A stretch of 56,939 bases of DNA from Catajapyx aquilonaris (lineage: Eukaryota), in the NCBI GenBank assembly GCA_000934665.2, contig JYFJ02002960.1:1-56939 (forward strand), in the 5' to 3' direction. A model generated the notes under the pieces. The model was not told where the DNA came from and searched no databases. It saw nothing but the letters and a program-made list of their open reading frames with translations. The position numbers and the translations under genes were made by a program. Below, one piece after another: positions 12,578-26,872 of this stretch (position 1 is its first letter; each line of letters begins with the position of its first letter).

Positions 12578-12780
12578 CAGGGTGTTCCAAGTTCGTGGGG
12601 TCTTTTAGTTATAAAAAATTTCTCTCGAAGGAGTTATTTTTTGTAGCTTGTTGCGCCCCTAACCAGGTTCCCTATTCCATAGCCATTATGTACATACATC
12701 TCTATTTATCTTGTTGTTGTTGTTGTTGTTGTTGGGTAAGTTCTCTCCCTCATAAGGGTTAATCACCCATGGCGTAATAA

Positions 12781-12838
<58 letters not shown>

Positions 12839-12973
12839 CATAGTCACTGCTACATTCGACCACCTGATAGTTTACTGAGGCACCTGGATCGGGGCACAAC
12901 ATGTTACACAAAAATTACTACTTAGGGCAATATTAGTGATAAATAAAACGACCCACGAACTTGGAGAACCCTG
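12578..12973. mobile_element. Tc1/mariner-type MITE containing (TTG)8 and (ATT)19 microsatellites
   Basis: TIRs CAGGGTGTTCCAAGTTCGTGGG / CAGGGTTCTCCAAGTTCGTGGG with degenerate arms of roughly 90 bp and TA flanks. (TTG)8 is at 12711-12734 and (ATT)19 at 12781-12837. Confidence 0.82.
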
Positions 12974-15900
12974 TATAGCGCCAGGATGTGTATGTCGGAA
13001 ACATGCCAATTCCAATTAAAATACCGTAAGTTATTTGTAGTTAGCAATTTAGCAGTAAGCTGCTTATTTTTAAGCAGTTAAGTGGCTATCAAAATGTTCC
13101 GATAATTTTTCACCGCGCATGCACCATATTGGAGCAGCCTGCTTCAATTGCAGCCATATTTGGGCATAGCCGCTAGCCACATGCATTAACCAAAGGCTAT
13201 ATACAATCACGTCCAAGAATGTCACTGCAATCAATAAAATACCTTGCATGAACAGTGCCAAACGGCACATATTTTGACACGCGCATAACTACGTAGCATG
13301 AATGCACCACATATTATTAGCACGCATTCGCGTTTATCAGAGCCTGACAGACGGGCGCACAATAGAAGCCCTCCAGTAAATGTAATAGTCGAGTATTTGG
13401 TCAAATTTATTGTAGAGAAACGTGGAAAAGCAGGCTGGGAAGTGGGACTTTCCCGGGTTCATTCAGTCGGTTTAGAATTTGTGGAGTGGCCACGGTGACT
13501 GCACCGAGCGTTGCTTCGGAAGGCTGAGTGCCCACTTCAGAGACATAATGCAAGCTGGAAATATATTTTCTAGTGCCACATCTGTACTTATCCTAGGCAT
13601 TTTGGACTCGACCACTGAAGTAGCGGTGCAATTTAGTATGGTCGAAGATCAAGGAGGAAGCTGAAACGAAGATGATCTTGACTCGTTAGTGGCCGCAAAC
13701 CAAAGCAGAAGATAATAGTAAGGGGGATGATGGAGGGGGGGGGGGATTATACTGTACCTAGATGTTACCAAATGAAAGGGGGGTTAGGATCGGATTCATT
13801 GGCCCGAAAAGTTGGTCGTTTCCTTTCTGGCCGCAGGAACCCAGGAATGATGGACACAATGGCTGACGTGAAGGAAGTCCGAGACAGCTATTGGCAGGCA
13901 CATATCAAAAGCTGATAGGGCGACAACAATAGAGCCATTGTGCAGCTGGATGGTTAAAAGTACTCTTGTGTTCTACATGGGCGATTTGCGGATAATGGTG
14001 GAATGCAGCTCCAGCTTTCATGCGGCAAATCCAAGCGAGGGACTTTCTGTCCAACAAAAGGGTCAACAATTTCAGTGCCAACCACACCGTCCACTACAGA
14101 TCGTTTGTCACGTGCTACACCAGGGACTTGAAAAGCACGTCAGGGGAGAGTCAAGGCGATGGTTCCCATCTGCCAATACCGTAACAGTAGACCTCCACAA
14201 AGGGAGAAACACTCCACCGATGACTAACCTCCCAGAAGCCAGATGCGTTTCAGAGTACAAGAAACCACTCTTACCACAGGCTCAAAGTGCCTACCTTTTC
14301 TCCTTTGCCTCAGATTTGCCTCAAATTTTAGTCAACAGCCAACTTTCCCTGGGTCGATCGCACGACTTGAACTGCAAACCCGGGTTTCAAAGGACCTACC
14401 CATATCCATGTCGTCCTAATTGCACTACCGGAGAAGGAACCGCCAAATGGTCTCGTTTAGTGTTACAGTTACTGTACAACTTACAATCAAATTGTAGTCC
14501 AACCAAGAAACAAACTTGCCTTGCAGTCTGATCCTCCCCCCAAAAAACTACTCCAGACCTACAAACTCGAGTCAACTATTGGCCGAATGCGAAAGGTTCT
14601 CCAATTTTCCAAGAGTCACCGATGCAACAAGTCAGCTATATTTTCTAACCGTGTCCCCATTGATCCGTAACCAGCCAGGCAATCATTGAAGCGAAAATGT
14701 GAAAGTTTCCACAATCACCACACCCCCTGTGTCTGCAAATTATTTTTTCGGCAGCCATCTGCAATGCCTGCACCCATCTGCTCTTCCTCAGAGAACGACA
14801 CGTCGCTGACAGCCTTCGAAACCGGTTGCATCCCCTCCGAATATTAGGAACGAGATTAAAACCATACTGCACACTGTGGTGACAACTTCAAAAAAAAAAA
14901 AAATTGAACGAAATTTTTGGAGGTTGCCAGACTGGATGAAAGAAAAATCTTGGGTAAAAAGTTACTCCGGCGAACTCCTAAATTCTTCCTTCCCTAGTAG
15001 CTATAGTGGCACTAAAGCCGTAACGTCCAGCAAAGCGCGAAAAATTTGTGACTTCGCAGGCATCGGAAACTTTTTGACTCGTCGCTTCCTTCAGTAACCG
15101 CACTTTATTGTTCTCAAATCCACAAGTCCTGACAGTCTCCGGCTGCAATAAAGGCTGCCGGTGAGGACATAACTCACCACCTCTCTTCCTTCCCCACATA
15201 TACGGATTTGGAAACTCACCCAACCTCTGACACCCTCCCAAAACCTCACAGCTGTGTTTATCCCCTCACCTTTTCTCTTTCCTAACCCCCCCTCCCTATG
15301 GCAGCATACTTCTAATTTACATCCCAGCTCAAAGTGACGCCGCCATATTTTCCCCAGACTGGAACCGTCTGCCACTCTGAATGAATAAATTGGTGAATAT
15401 CTGCAATATCTAGAAGGTCTAGGACGCATGACACAAATGCCAATCAAACTATCCCTTTTCGACGTTTCACCACCGCCCCCTCCCCCCCCCCCCCCCCCCA
15501 NGCTCTAACCCCAGACTGAATAAGGACTAATTCACAGCATTTGGTATGCGGAATGGTTCCTTTTCACGCAACCACCTCCTCGCTCTACTGCGCTCCTCTT
15601 CTCCAAAAGACTTTCATTGCACACTTTGCCACATTCAAGTATTAGAGAAGAAGTAAGAAGAAAAAAGTCCACTCTAGTGTTAACCTAATTGAGCTGGCTA
15701 GATTCCTGCTGCCAGCAATCTATAATCTCTTTGTTCGGTGCTGGAGCCCAAAAGGCCCAGGGTATCCTAATGGCTCCGGAAGTGTCAGTGCAACGGCTGT
15801 TTTGTTCGTAATAAATTTCAGGCTCAAAGGCAGGCCTCCCTCCCGCTAATAATGCGGAGAATTGCGATTATTGCCGGAAATAGGGACTTGGTTCGTCACT

Positions 15901-18900
15901 TATGTTCAGTGGGATACGGGGGGGCTACTATAAGAGGTAATGGACCTCCCGTTTTGATGCGGGAGAAATTGCGGCGAGGGAGCCAATCGGACCTCGAGCT
16001 GGCTAACTAGTTTCCTGCTTTGGATTGGGGATCCATTGTTGGGGGNAGAGTCTAATGTGGTAACTAATGGATTTGGCCCTCGCTATTGTTCCACAAGTCC
16101 GGCAGCGTTATGCCGAGACAGCAGCGGACGACAAATGAGAGTAGTTCGGAGTCGTTGGAAACGGCTTGGAAATGGTACATGTATGAACAATTGAACATCC
16201 CCGAATTATCGAGCCTGGCTTAATTCTTAAGCCAGCAGTTTTTGACTTTCTCATCATCGAAAAAAAAAGTCTTAAGGTGCGTGTGAGCGATTTGACGAGC
16301 GAAGTCGTCGTCGAGGATGAGTAACCCAAGTAACCAATATTGTTTGAGGCGAAAATCGTTGTTAATTTCAGCCTCGGCGAAGACTTCGCTCGTCAAATCG
16401 CATGTAAATGCACCTTTATAGAACGGCTGTGTCCGTCCGTCTGTGGAGAGGTATCAGGGCCTCAACCGCAAGAGATAGCGGCAAACGGTTTTCGGATTCT
16501 GATTAAGAGCACTGACCAAAACAGGTGTCATGGTTAACTTCCGGTTTTCCGGGTTCACTCTATCCGCACAAGTCTACTTTACGGGCAGGTTATTGTTGGA
16601 TTTCGAAATTACGTAGTTTCCCTGGGTGCCTGACCAAATGTGTCGGGGATTTACCCTAGGTTTTACCTGGCGCTCTGGAACATGGGCTGTGTAATTAATT
16701 CCTGAAGTTGGTCAGGTTTGCGACGCAAGTCCTCGGCCGCCATGATATTATTGCCCAGGCAGATACGGGAATCGATACGATGTCTAAATTACGATGTATC
16801 GATATATCGATTCACACATGTGACCTATACGATGTTACTTTCTTGGGGAAAAATTACCCATAAAGTTTCATACAAGTTTGAAAAAAGGAGAAAAAGTCTA
16901 CTCTAATCACGCTCACGTGACTTGCCAATTTTGTTTAAGTGTTTAAGTGTGGAAAGTCGGGCAGTGTTCAACACTTGAGAATGATTCTCAAGTGTTGAAC
17001 ACTGCCCGACTTTCCTGGAGTTGAATTGCTTATATTTTCTTGTAAAGGTAGTAGAAAGGTGGAAAATGGGTTGAATGCGATAGATTGTCTGGCACGTGCC
17101 CTTTTCTCTATGAGGCACCCTCCAGAGATGGACATCATTATTATTCCGGAGAGTCCGTCTGCATGAAATGCAGCCTCGCCAAGCAAGTGGCATTCCTAAT
17201 GCGAAACAGCCAAGGCTTCCATCTGATTACAAAGACCCCGTGCACGACTATAATGTAGTTTAGTAAATTAGCGCGACGACAATAAATTTGCAACTCACTT
17301 GTTGGTTGCCTTGGTGGCCATTTTCGCAGGGGATGGGGGTGGCAGGGGAGGGAGGAAACCGGTGAGAATAAGGACCGGGGAGGAGAGACGACGGAAGAGA
17401 CTGCTTAATAATGTAGGTCGGAACAGGGATGCAAACTTGTACCAAGAGGGAGACATTTTCCCTTCCTCTATGCAGCATATACTAGGGGTTGTATATATAC
17501 CGCCGGATTTCATACTGCTGATCGTAGGATTTCACCTCGCGGGTTCTCTATCTCGGGGGCTCGCATTTCTTATTCTTCTTTTACGCAGCAACGACAACTT
17601 GGAATTGAAAATCTGCATGAATATAGCCCGAGATAAGCATATCCCCCGCCCTGCTCTTTTCTAGCTCGCTTATGGTTTTAGGAGGACAATACGTGAGTGA
17701 AACCATTAGCTGTGCAGGCACAGGATTCGTTCGGCTAAATGTACGACAGCAGCTTTCAGTGAAGACATTGTCAAGTTTCTCAAGGAAGGCGGAGGTTTTC
17801 ATGTGCACTGATACCCTCCAGCGTCAAGGGGCTTTGAAGGATTTCTCATTATCCAAATGTCTTCGCTTCGGGAACGATATCAAAATGCGAACATTTCCGG
17901 ACTGCAATATTACCACCCTTCCAGGCAGGTATACACGGGTGTGGCTGCAAAAGCGAAACTACACAAGATTTTTTTAAAAAGCTTTGAATCACCTCGATAG
18001 GATTTAATGCATCACTAAGGCGAGACTCGTGGAAACTTTACAACCAATAAAAAAATGTGACGTAGTGATTAAATAGTACTTTTGCAAAAGCTTAATGCCA
18101 TTATATTGCAGTGAAAGTTGCACTTTAGTTGGCGATAAAACACCGTAACTCTAGAAAGTCATATCCTGGCTAGGTTGCTCCAGGTTAGAGAAAAAAAACG
18201 CGTATTCACGAATAGCAATTTGCTTCCTCGTCCTGTATACGTCAGAAAAGATAGTGCTTGGCACCGGGTGAAATAGTGGCCCTTTCCTATCACAAACTGC
18301 TTAACGTTTCATGATACACTGCCCTGAATCGGGAGCACCTCTTTGATGTTAGAGCTCATTACCTGCCGTATGTCGACGGTACCGGTACCTTATTTTCTTG
18401 GTTGCTTGCTCAGTCCGCCAACTGCACCTTCATTGCTCCTACACGCCTAATGAGCGTTACGACAGTCCACGTCTACTATTCCTTCCGTCAGCTGCTAATT
18501 TAAACTTTGAACCAAGTACTGTAGTATTGCAGTGGAAATAAGGTCTCCGAAAGGCCGCCGACCCCTTGCAATTCATAATCAAGCCGCAAGTTTCCTTATG
18601 CTACCACAACTATAGCGTGTTTGTGCTCCTAGGATTTGATTAGACTGTCGGTCCTGCTTTACTACGTATTCCAATTTTCTCAAAACATAGGCCTACTTTC
18701 CGGAATTGCATTGTATGTCTAAGAAGCTATTCACAGAAGCACTGCAAATGGGATGAGAATTATATTCCGAATTCAGCATATGCGAAAACCGTGAATTAGA
18801 ATGCATTTTGGCAAATTCACTGGGAGAAACTAAGATGGCTGAAATGAGTGCAGTTTTCAGGTTCGATAAAAAAAATAAACCGGTGTTCTTACTGCCATTC

Positions 18901-21900
18901 GCCCTGGTACTTTGTATGGCTGAACAGAGTATTACAACTTGAGCAAAATGTAGGTGTAAAACTGCTGCAAAAACTGGTCCCAATGTCATACATGTTAGTC
19001 CATCAAATAAGCTAGTTTTAACTCGTTGACTAGAAATGACAGTGCACTTTTCAGGTTTCAGTTTTTTTTGTGCAGTACTATCTCTCTCATAGAGTTTGCA
19101 CCAAAACTGCAGCAATACTACTCCAACTTTTAGTCACAATAGTGGTGCTAATAGGGTTAAAGCGATATATAATGTAAGACTGATCGATATAATCCATCAG
19201 TGGGTTCAATTTGCGCTATTGTATAATTAGCAACAACGAGGGAAAGTGGTGACATCTAAATTGAGGCATGAATTTTTCCTGAAGTCAACTTTTACTTCAG
19301 CGGCCGAGCCTCATAACAAATACAGTGAATTACGTGCGACTATTTGCATAATGAATTGCCACAGTGCTTCAGCACTGATTAAATTGACATGCCTGTGACC
19401 ATTTTAGAGCACTGGACCGAGCAGTTGCGTGTACCTGTATTCACCCAGGAGGAAGAAAAAAAATATAGGGAATAATTTAAAAGGTGCCTGTTGTTGACTG
19501 ACATGTTCATGAGGAAAATTGCCCAAGTAATGTATATGATTGTCGTGAACAGAAATACTACCACAATTCGTAGTGGAGAAAAAGATGGACATTTCGTGAC
19601 CAATTTTCAGTAGAAATTGTACGGAATTAGTCAAAAATATTGACGTCAGTTCGCATGAAAAGTATAGGCAACATCGCACTGCCAACTTGAATAGGGTAAT
19701 GTGATGGTTATTGGAAAAATATGTTTTATCCAAACTGACGTAGCAACTGGAGGGTGAACCAAAATTATCTAAGCAACATTAAACATTAATATTAATTATT
19801 ATAAATTCAGTTCATGGGAAAAAGTCGTATTAATTAATGAACATATAGCCTGAAAACAGCTCTGGTGTCAACACAAAAATCTTGTTACCGCCAGAATTTT
19901 TAACATAATTATGTGGATGAATGGATCGCTTGTTACACGCACAAAAATTTAGGTACCGTACTCTGCTGGACTGTTTTTGCTGTGAGAACCGCAATGTTTC
20001 GTTGCCGCAACTAATTCTTTGTTCCCCCCTTTTGTTAGCTATTTTAAAACAGCAGCAAAAATGAGTTTTGAATAATTATACAGCTTGGCATGTACCATAA
20101 CATAGGCCCTTAATTAAATTATCAATAACCCTATACCGCAATGCATTTTGACGCAGCATATACCTATACATAACTATTTCTTCAATATCATCGTAAGCAC
20201 AATAGGCGAATCAGATGCGGAACAAATCGCACCAAAATATGACTCTGCCAACCTGGCACGCTCGGATCCTGGAGAATAATTTTGGATTGGTTTGGGTTGT
20301 TATCCAGTAGTTGGCCTTCTTGGACGTTTCCAGTCATGGCGAATTTTCCGGACGGAACATTCGCCCTGCCTCCCCCCCAAAAAGGGCTCCACAGTATAGC
20401 TTCATTTTTATATCTGACGTGCTGCTGTGGAAATTGCGAATTTCGGGATTTTTCCTTGCGCCATTGTAGACGTGGCAATATCTGGCCTAACCCTCGGCAG
20501 TTACGTGCGAGGTTTTATTGATCTACTCCGTGATCATAATCTGCGCCTAGCTTTTCTGGAAGTAAGGATTTTCTACCTTCCGCTCCTTCCGCCGTGACAT
20601 GAAAAAGTGAAAATGCGACCGAATGCAGGTGACGCCTGGCCGAGGATCACACTCCACACAGTGTGATTAATCCCTTAGATATACCCTACAAAATGTAGAG
20701 ACACAATGGCAGCTCGGTGACGTCATGCCACATGGTTTGAACGGGGCAGGTGCCGCTGGGATACTCAGCGGCTATTTCAAATCTTGTCCAAAGTAATTTC
20801 ATTGGAGGTAAGAAATGTTTCAAGTTAAAGGGGCTCAAATTTATTTTAAATAATACTGCTATCACCGGTGCACCAAAATATGAGACAAACACCGAATATT
20901 TCTGGATTTACCTCAACCGAACCTAACCACAATAAGCTGGTGAAGAAATTTTGTTATGAGTCACTTAAGGTTTCTTCATGTGTTTACGTCGTCTCTGTCT
21001 CTGACACCAAGCCATAATTATGTCATGGATCCTACGCGATCGAATAGTTCATTACTCCAAGTTGAACTCGTGCTTCATTTGCAGGAAAGATAATGCCTGT
21101 TACGGGCACGTCTGAAAAGTAGACAGGTGAACTTAATAGAAGCCAGTCTTTATCAGGAATGAAATTACTATTTAATAATAATCTAATTAAAAGTCCAGGG
21201 GGGCGAAATGGCACGGCACAGTGAGCATCAACAGATGGTACTGTGCGCTGACAAATGGAACTCTAGAAAATTGCATTCATTATGTGAATTCTAGAGTTTA
21301 CATCAGCCATGTCCACTCTCCTTTCTCGTTCGTATGACCCCTCGCACTGATTGTAAGTTAAATGCCTGTTGACTCAAGTCATCTCTGAATTCCGGAAGAT
21401 TCTCGCCCATTGCCTGTAATGGGCCCGAACCGCCAAGAAAATTCTACGATGGCTGTAATGCGCGCTGTGCGAGCAGAATCAAGAGCAGTTTCTTCCCCCA
21501 TCTGATTTAAGGTCATTGGACGAAACTCTTTGTAACGTGGCACACTTCCCAGGGAAATGGCTTGTGGGTGCAGAAAACAACGCCCAGAGTACAAGCAGAG
21601 CAAAATTAATCTTACGGAAAAGCTTTTAGCTGAAGGTAATCCGAGGATGGGGAAATTAGACATATCTTCCTCTGCTTCCCAGGAGCTGCTGGAAAATTCG
21701 ATTTGTTCCTGTCCACGAGTCTGAACTTGGCGAAAGATTGCAAATTTGTATCTGGATGGGCGATGCCCGCCAAAATTCGGTCGCTAAGGAAAAGCGACTA
21801 GACGGGGAAGCGGGGGCGGAAAACGAAAACGTGAACGAAAAAAAAAATCAATGTTAATTGCCTTCGATTTAATTAAGCGTGTCATTTGACAAAAGGCGGG

Positions 21901-24900
21901 CATAGTTCCACCAAAATAAATCAACGCACGTATCTCCTCAGGATGTGCGAGGTAATCGAAGGGCCGAAGCTGCCGTGAAGGACATAACGAAGAAATTAAT
22001 AACGCTCCCATAAATAGGTGAGTGCTCGGACTTATTAATTTCCGCCCCCATAATTTTAATTCCGACCAAGCCTGCCCATGTTAATTTGAGTACATATTGG
22101 AGGGCGGAAAGGCGGATAGGGGCCTAAATGAAACACTTGAGCGCGCTGATCAATATTTTAAACCCGCCGCCATCCCCGCCCCTCCCGCCCCCACCCCCTT
22201 CCAAATTTTGCCACATTAAGGAAAACGCGATTTTGCAACGCTTACACGTGCCACATCAGAGTTATAATCTCACGACGCATTTGCATAATCCACGGCGTTA
22301 ACCTCTGCCCTGTATTCCACATACTCCCGTCAGCTCAGCTGTGAGGAAAATTAACTGCCATGTCCCAGCTTTAATCTCCATGAGCATTCGTTTTTTTCAA
22401 CGTCACCATTTTTTGGTTTTATTTTTAGGGGGTCATATTCGTGACCTGAAGATTGCACATTCTTGTCGTTTCCGAATACGTAATATTACGTGCTGCATTC
22501 ATATGACCCAATATGTGTTCGTCATGTTGGTTGTGATATTCGTCGCGTAAATAGATATACTGTATCACGAATGAAAATAATGCATACCTATCCATACCTA
22601 TGATGTGATTGTGATCGTTGCTTGCATATGCTAATTAGATAACCATGGCTCATGTATACAGTATGCTGCTGGTTATTTTAGGTGCGTATATTATTTTGAT
22701 ATGAAGCAAAAATAAAAACATATTCAAATCAAATTCTATAACCAGTACACTGTACATCCTGCATATGGAAGAGTCGTTATAGTGTAGGATCCACCCTGTG
22801 GCATGACTATAGCGTAAGATTAAAATTGAGGAGCTGAACGGAAAATGCAGGCACTGTAAGACCGTTGCTGCTTGGAAATAAGATATTGATGAAAATCGCC
22901 AAAAGCAAGGTGGTTGTGCCTGCTGTATAATAAATCAAAGTAGTTCCAAACATCCGAAGGCTATAGAAATTGAGTCGATTGATGCTAAAAAAGGGAAATG
23001 TAACACAATCGCTTCCAAAATAACGACTACAGAAATGTGGAAGTTACAAAAATGTGAAAAGGTCCAAATTATATTTTACACCTATACACTTGCAAAGTTG
23101 TAATATTGTAATCAAACATATTACTAACGGCCACATCCATTATATAATGCATATGATCTAATTAAAACACAGAACATGCGGTTAGTTTGAATATTTCATA
23201 GAATCACAAGAACGCACTTCCTACCAACCTCTCTCCAATCAGCCCCGTACCCTGACCATTATTGTTAGCACACACATTATGTTTGGATACTGAATAATTA
23301 GGTCCCACAAGGTTATCCAGACAGTATACTCACAGTAGGCCTAAAAAGAAGGTGGGGAAAGGTACCGGTATTTCACAAACCCCCGGAAAAAAACCCTAAC
23401 CCGGTAGAATTTCCCCCGGGCGTAGAGTCCGAAAAGTGCAAGTTGACTCTAGGATTTTTTTCCCCCTCCCCAACCTCCTCCTTCTCGTTCTTTGGGCTAA
23501 ACCCATTACGAGAGGTAAATTCAAGGCGGATTCTGTTGCCTTGTACCATGGGCTTCTCGGGGACACAACATTTCACGAGGAAGAAGTCGCGGGAGCAGCC
23601 ATTCGAGAGCCAGTAAAAGTCACTTAAAGCAAACTCATGATCTTTAAGGCTGAATGGAAGAGGGAATATTGGAGGAGTTGAGGGACGGTGTGATTCCTGG
23701 GGCTCGACGCAAAAGGGTCCGGAGACATCCTTTTGGGTGACGCCAACAGCCCATGTCTTCCACCCCCATCCCTCCTCAAATGTTGGATTCAAGGGTGGGC
23801 AATAATGGATTCATTCCCTCCAAGAAAGGCTTGAAAACACAGCGGGTGAAAAAAAAACGCGGTTAGTCATTAGAAATGTTAGGTCATAAATTAGTAGTTT
23901 CTAAAGCTCGGAATAAAATATGATGAAATCAGAAGTGATTTTTATGCACGATAAAACATTTTACGACTTGGCTTGAATCATGAAGGATGGTCTGACCAAT
24001 CAGAAGTATTCTTACCTAGTGAATAGCCATTTATATTTACACACGATCATATAATATACAGGTCTGGAAACTTCCAGTGTTATCGCGTGCCGTTATCAGC
24101 TCCCACTTGTAGCGAGTGAGGTTGCCGCTTCGGCGCTGGTGTATCGGCAACCCCACTCTCTACGCGGCCAGCCCATAAGGCTGGGGTAAAAGTTGCAGGG
24201 GTTGCTCACAGTAGTGCAATAGTACATAAATCACTGCAACTGTGATGTGAAACGATTCGCCCTGATTGACATCCATCTCTCTTCATTATCTTACGATATT
24301 TCCTATACCCACTGCGGTATAGATATACAAAAGTTTCCCCGGAATAAATTGCAGGTACAACTTTCCATCCTCCTCACCCCCTCCCCCTCCCCTTTTGCAA
24401 GGCCTCTAGGCTGGATTTGGGCAGGGCAATAATGGATTCCGCATCTCCCTCATTTTCATATGGAAGCCAACCTGGGTTTTGCACGCGGCCGATGCACTCC
24501 ACCGGCTTGGGATTGTGGCAACTTCCATTATACTGCGTATTAAAAGTGTGCAACACTTTGTTGATTGCAGGTTGAGCACTGATTTTGCAGTGTGGCTTGA
24601 TTGTGTCGGGGGTGTTGTGACGTCAAGGGTGAGGGAAAAGTGAACGGAAACTTGGGCCGTGGTGTTGATTGGCGGCTGGTGGCAGCGTTTTTGTTCCGTT
24701 TGTTATTACCACAACTGGTGGACATGATTGACATCATTCAAAATGTTGTGGAGTATTACATGTGGGCAATGTTTTTTTTTTCGGTCCATGATCATGGAGT
24801 TAATGAATTTGTCACCAGGTGAGTTCAGCATTAGGGGACCGTCATAGGTTACTGTTTGGAACAGTAAACATGATGGTTAATTTGTTAACTGTTTTTTAGT

Positions 24901-25956
24901 AACAAGGGGTTAAAGTGAAATTTTCAAATAGCTACGCATTAAAAATGCGGTGTAAATTACTAACAAAAATGACGGCTGCAATATTTACAGAAAGTCTTTG
25001 AGTTACCCGATTTTATAGTCTGGCAACAATATGAAAACAGTTGGAATTTACGTACTGTAATACGTTATCCTGATGGATGAAGACACAGTAATGGGTCAAA
25101 AGGGTATGGTAATGGATGCACAGTTTACACCACTTTTGAGCGAATTTAAAATATTTGTGTTGCCATGTTTCACAAGCTCCCAGGACTGCCAAGTTTTTAT
25201 GGCTCATGTTACCAACCTGTTCGATACAACGCGAAACAACAGGCCTACTTTCAGCACTGCTGCGCTGAAAAACAGTGCAAAGATATAAACATTTTATCGT
25301 TTAGTTTGTGACTGACAACCCAAATATTTGACATTGATATAAATCCGCTCGAAACAGGTTTAATTGAACAAACACCACAAATTGTCCCAACTGGATCCCT
25401 GTGACACACGTTCAAATCCTCAAGTAATAAACCACTGAAGCACTTGATTCACTCCCACCCGTAACGCTAATTTAGAGAAGTTAAAAGAAGAAGAGGGGGG
25501 GAGGAGGGGTGTTTTTCTTGCAAAGTTCTTTTTTTCTCTCGGAAAATTTATTAGGGCAGCTCGGTTGATGTTCAAGTTGTTTCCCTTGCAGTTTTGCACC
25601 ATAAAGGCTTGACAACAAGCGTTGGCGAAACCCATAAAATTGTAATGAGGAATCCGAAAATGGTTGGCGCTGTTAGGGGGTAGATGGCGGACTGGTGTGA
25701 GAGAAAGAGGCTGCCCTCATGGGTTGATCCAAGTTGCATCTTGGCAGCACCCAAGTCTGAACATTCATTTCCTCGGGTCACTAAATTTGCATCGTGTCAG
25801 AAGGTTGGAAGAGCCCTTTCTGACCTGAGATAATAATTCTCTAGTCAGAAGGGGCGGGTGTTGTGGGTTGAGTGGATGAGTAATCAATCTTTTTTGCTGA
25901 AGAGCCATGGAGTACATGACACCTGCCATTGATGTCGTATGCTAATATTCGTCCTA

Positions 25957-26243
25957 AGGTAATATCTTATCTTACCCCGTTACCAGCCTTTTTCGGCTCT
26001 TTAGGGGTGATTTTTGTTTTGTCTGGAACTCTTGCGTACATTTTTACTTTGCTTTTTGGGATATGATAGGGAAGGAAGGAGGCGGCTGTGGCCTATTAAT
26101 TTAGGAAACAACTCCGGAATTCTCCTGGAGGGACCGTGGGAAACCACAGAAAACCACGGTTAGAGTTGCCGGCCCCGGGGCTCGAACCCAGGACCTCCCG
26201 ATTAGGAGTCGGACCCTATAGCCACTCCACCAAACTGCTTCGG
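25957..26243 (-). mobile_element. Full-length tRNA-derived SINE with 11-bp TSD
   Basis: Minus strand has A-box TGGTGGAGTGG, B-box GGTTCGAGCCC, a body (GGTTTTCTGTGGTTTCCC..CCCTCCAGG..TAGGCCACAGCCGCCTCCTTC) resembling arthropod SINE central domains, and a short TAAGA tail. The direct repeat TATTCGTCCTA is at 25946-25956 and 26244-26254. Confidence 0.88.
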
Positions 26244-26872
26244 TATTCGTCCTACAGTATATTATTATTATGAGGGTAAATACTGGGGACGTGCACTTCC
26301 CCTCGGAGCAAACTACCTGAGTTCGTTTTTAGAGGCGAGTCGAGAGAGTAGCAGCAGTTTAATTCACAAAGGGTATTCCGGAAACTGCTTTCTCAAAAGG
26401 ATAATTATGCGCAGTCAAAGGGGGGCGCTGTCTTGGCAAAAATAGTTTCATGCCAAGCGCATCAAATCGTAATTAGGAGCTCATTTAGTACATTATTTCC
26501 GTGCCTAGGTCAGGCTGCGACGTGTGCCGGGTGGGCTCGAAGAAAAGCTGCCGTCATGGCTTCATTTAGCTATATATTGAGGTGAGAAATTCCTGTTCAG
26601 AAAATGCTGCCTGTTTCTTTCAAAAAATTAAAATGTATAACAGCAGCGACTTTTACAAATGTTTCACTTTTTATTTTTGACCCAATGACCCTGTGACATT
26701 ATAGTGAAAGTTGCAGTCATTTTCCCCTTATTTGTTAGAAATATTAGCCATTGTTTTCTGTTTGAGTGACATAGCCGGATGGTGGTCAAAAAGAAAAATG
26801 TTTAATCGGACAGAAGGGTGGGGTCTCGCGTCAGGGGCATGTGTCACTATATGGATATACCGTAGGCGGGTT

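Noticed and set aside
13938..14531. 197-aa plus-strand ORF
   Set aside because: No recognisable domain, splice context or transposase/RT motif; consistent with a chance intronic ORF.
19140..19160. piggyBac-like end AGGG-TTAA (similar near 24905)
   Set aside because: No matching opposite terminus was found, so an element cannot be delimited.
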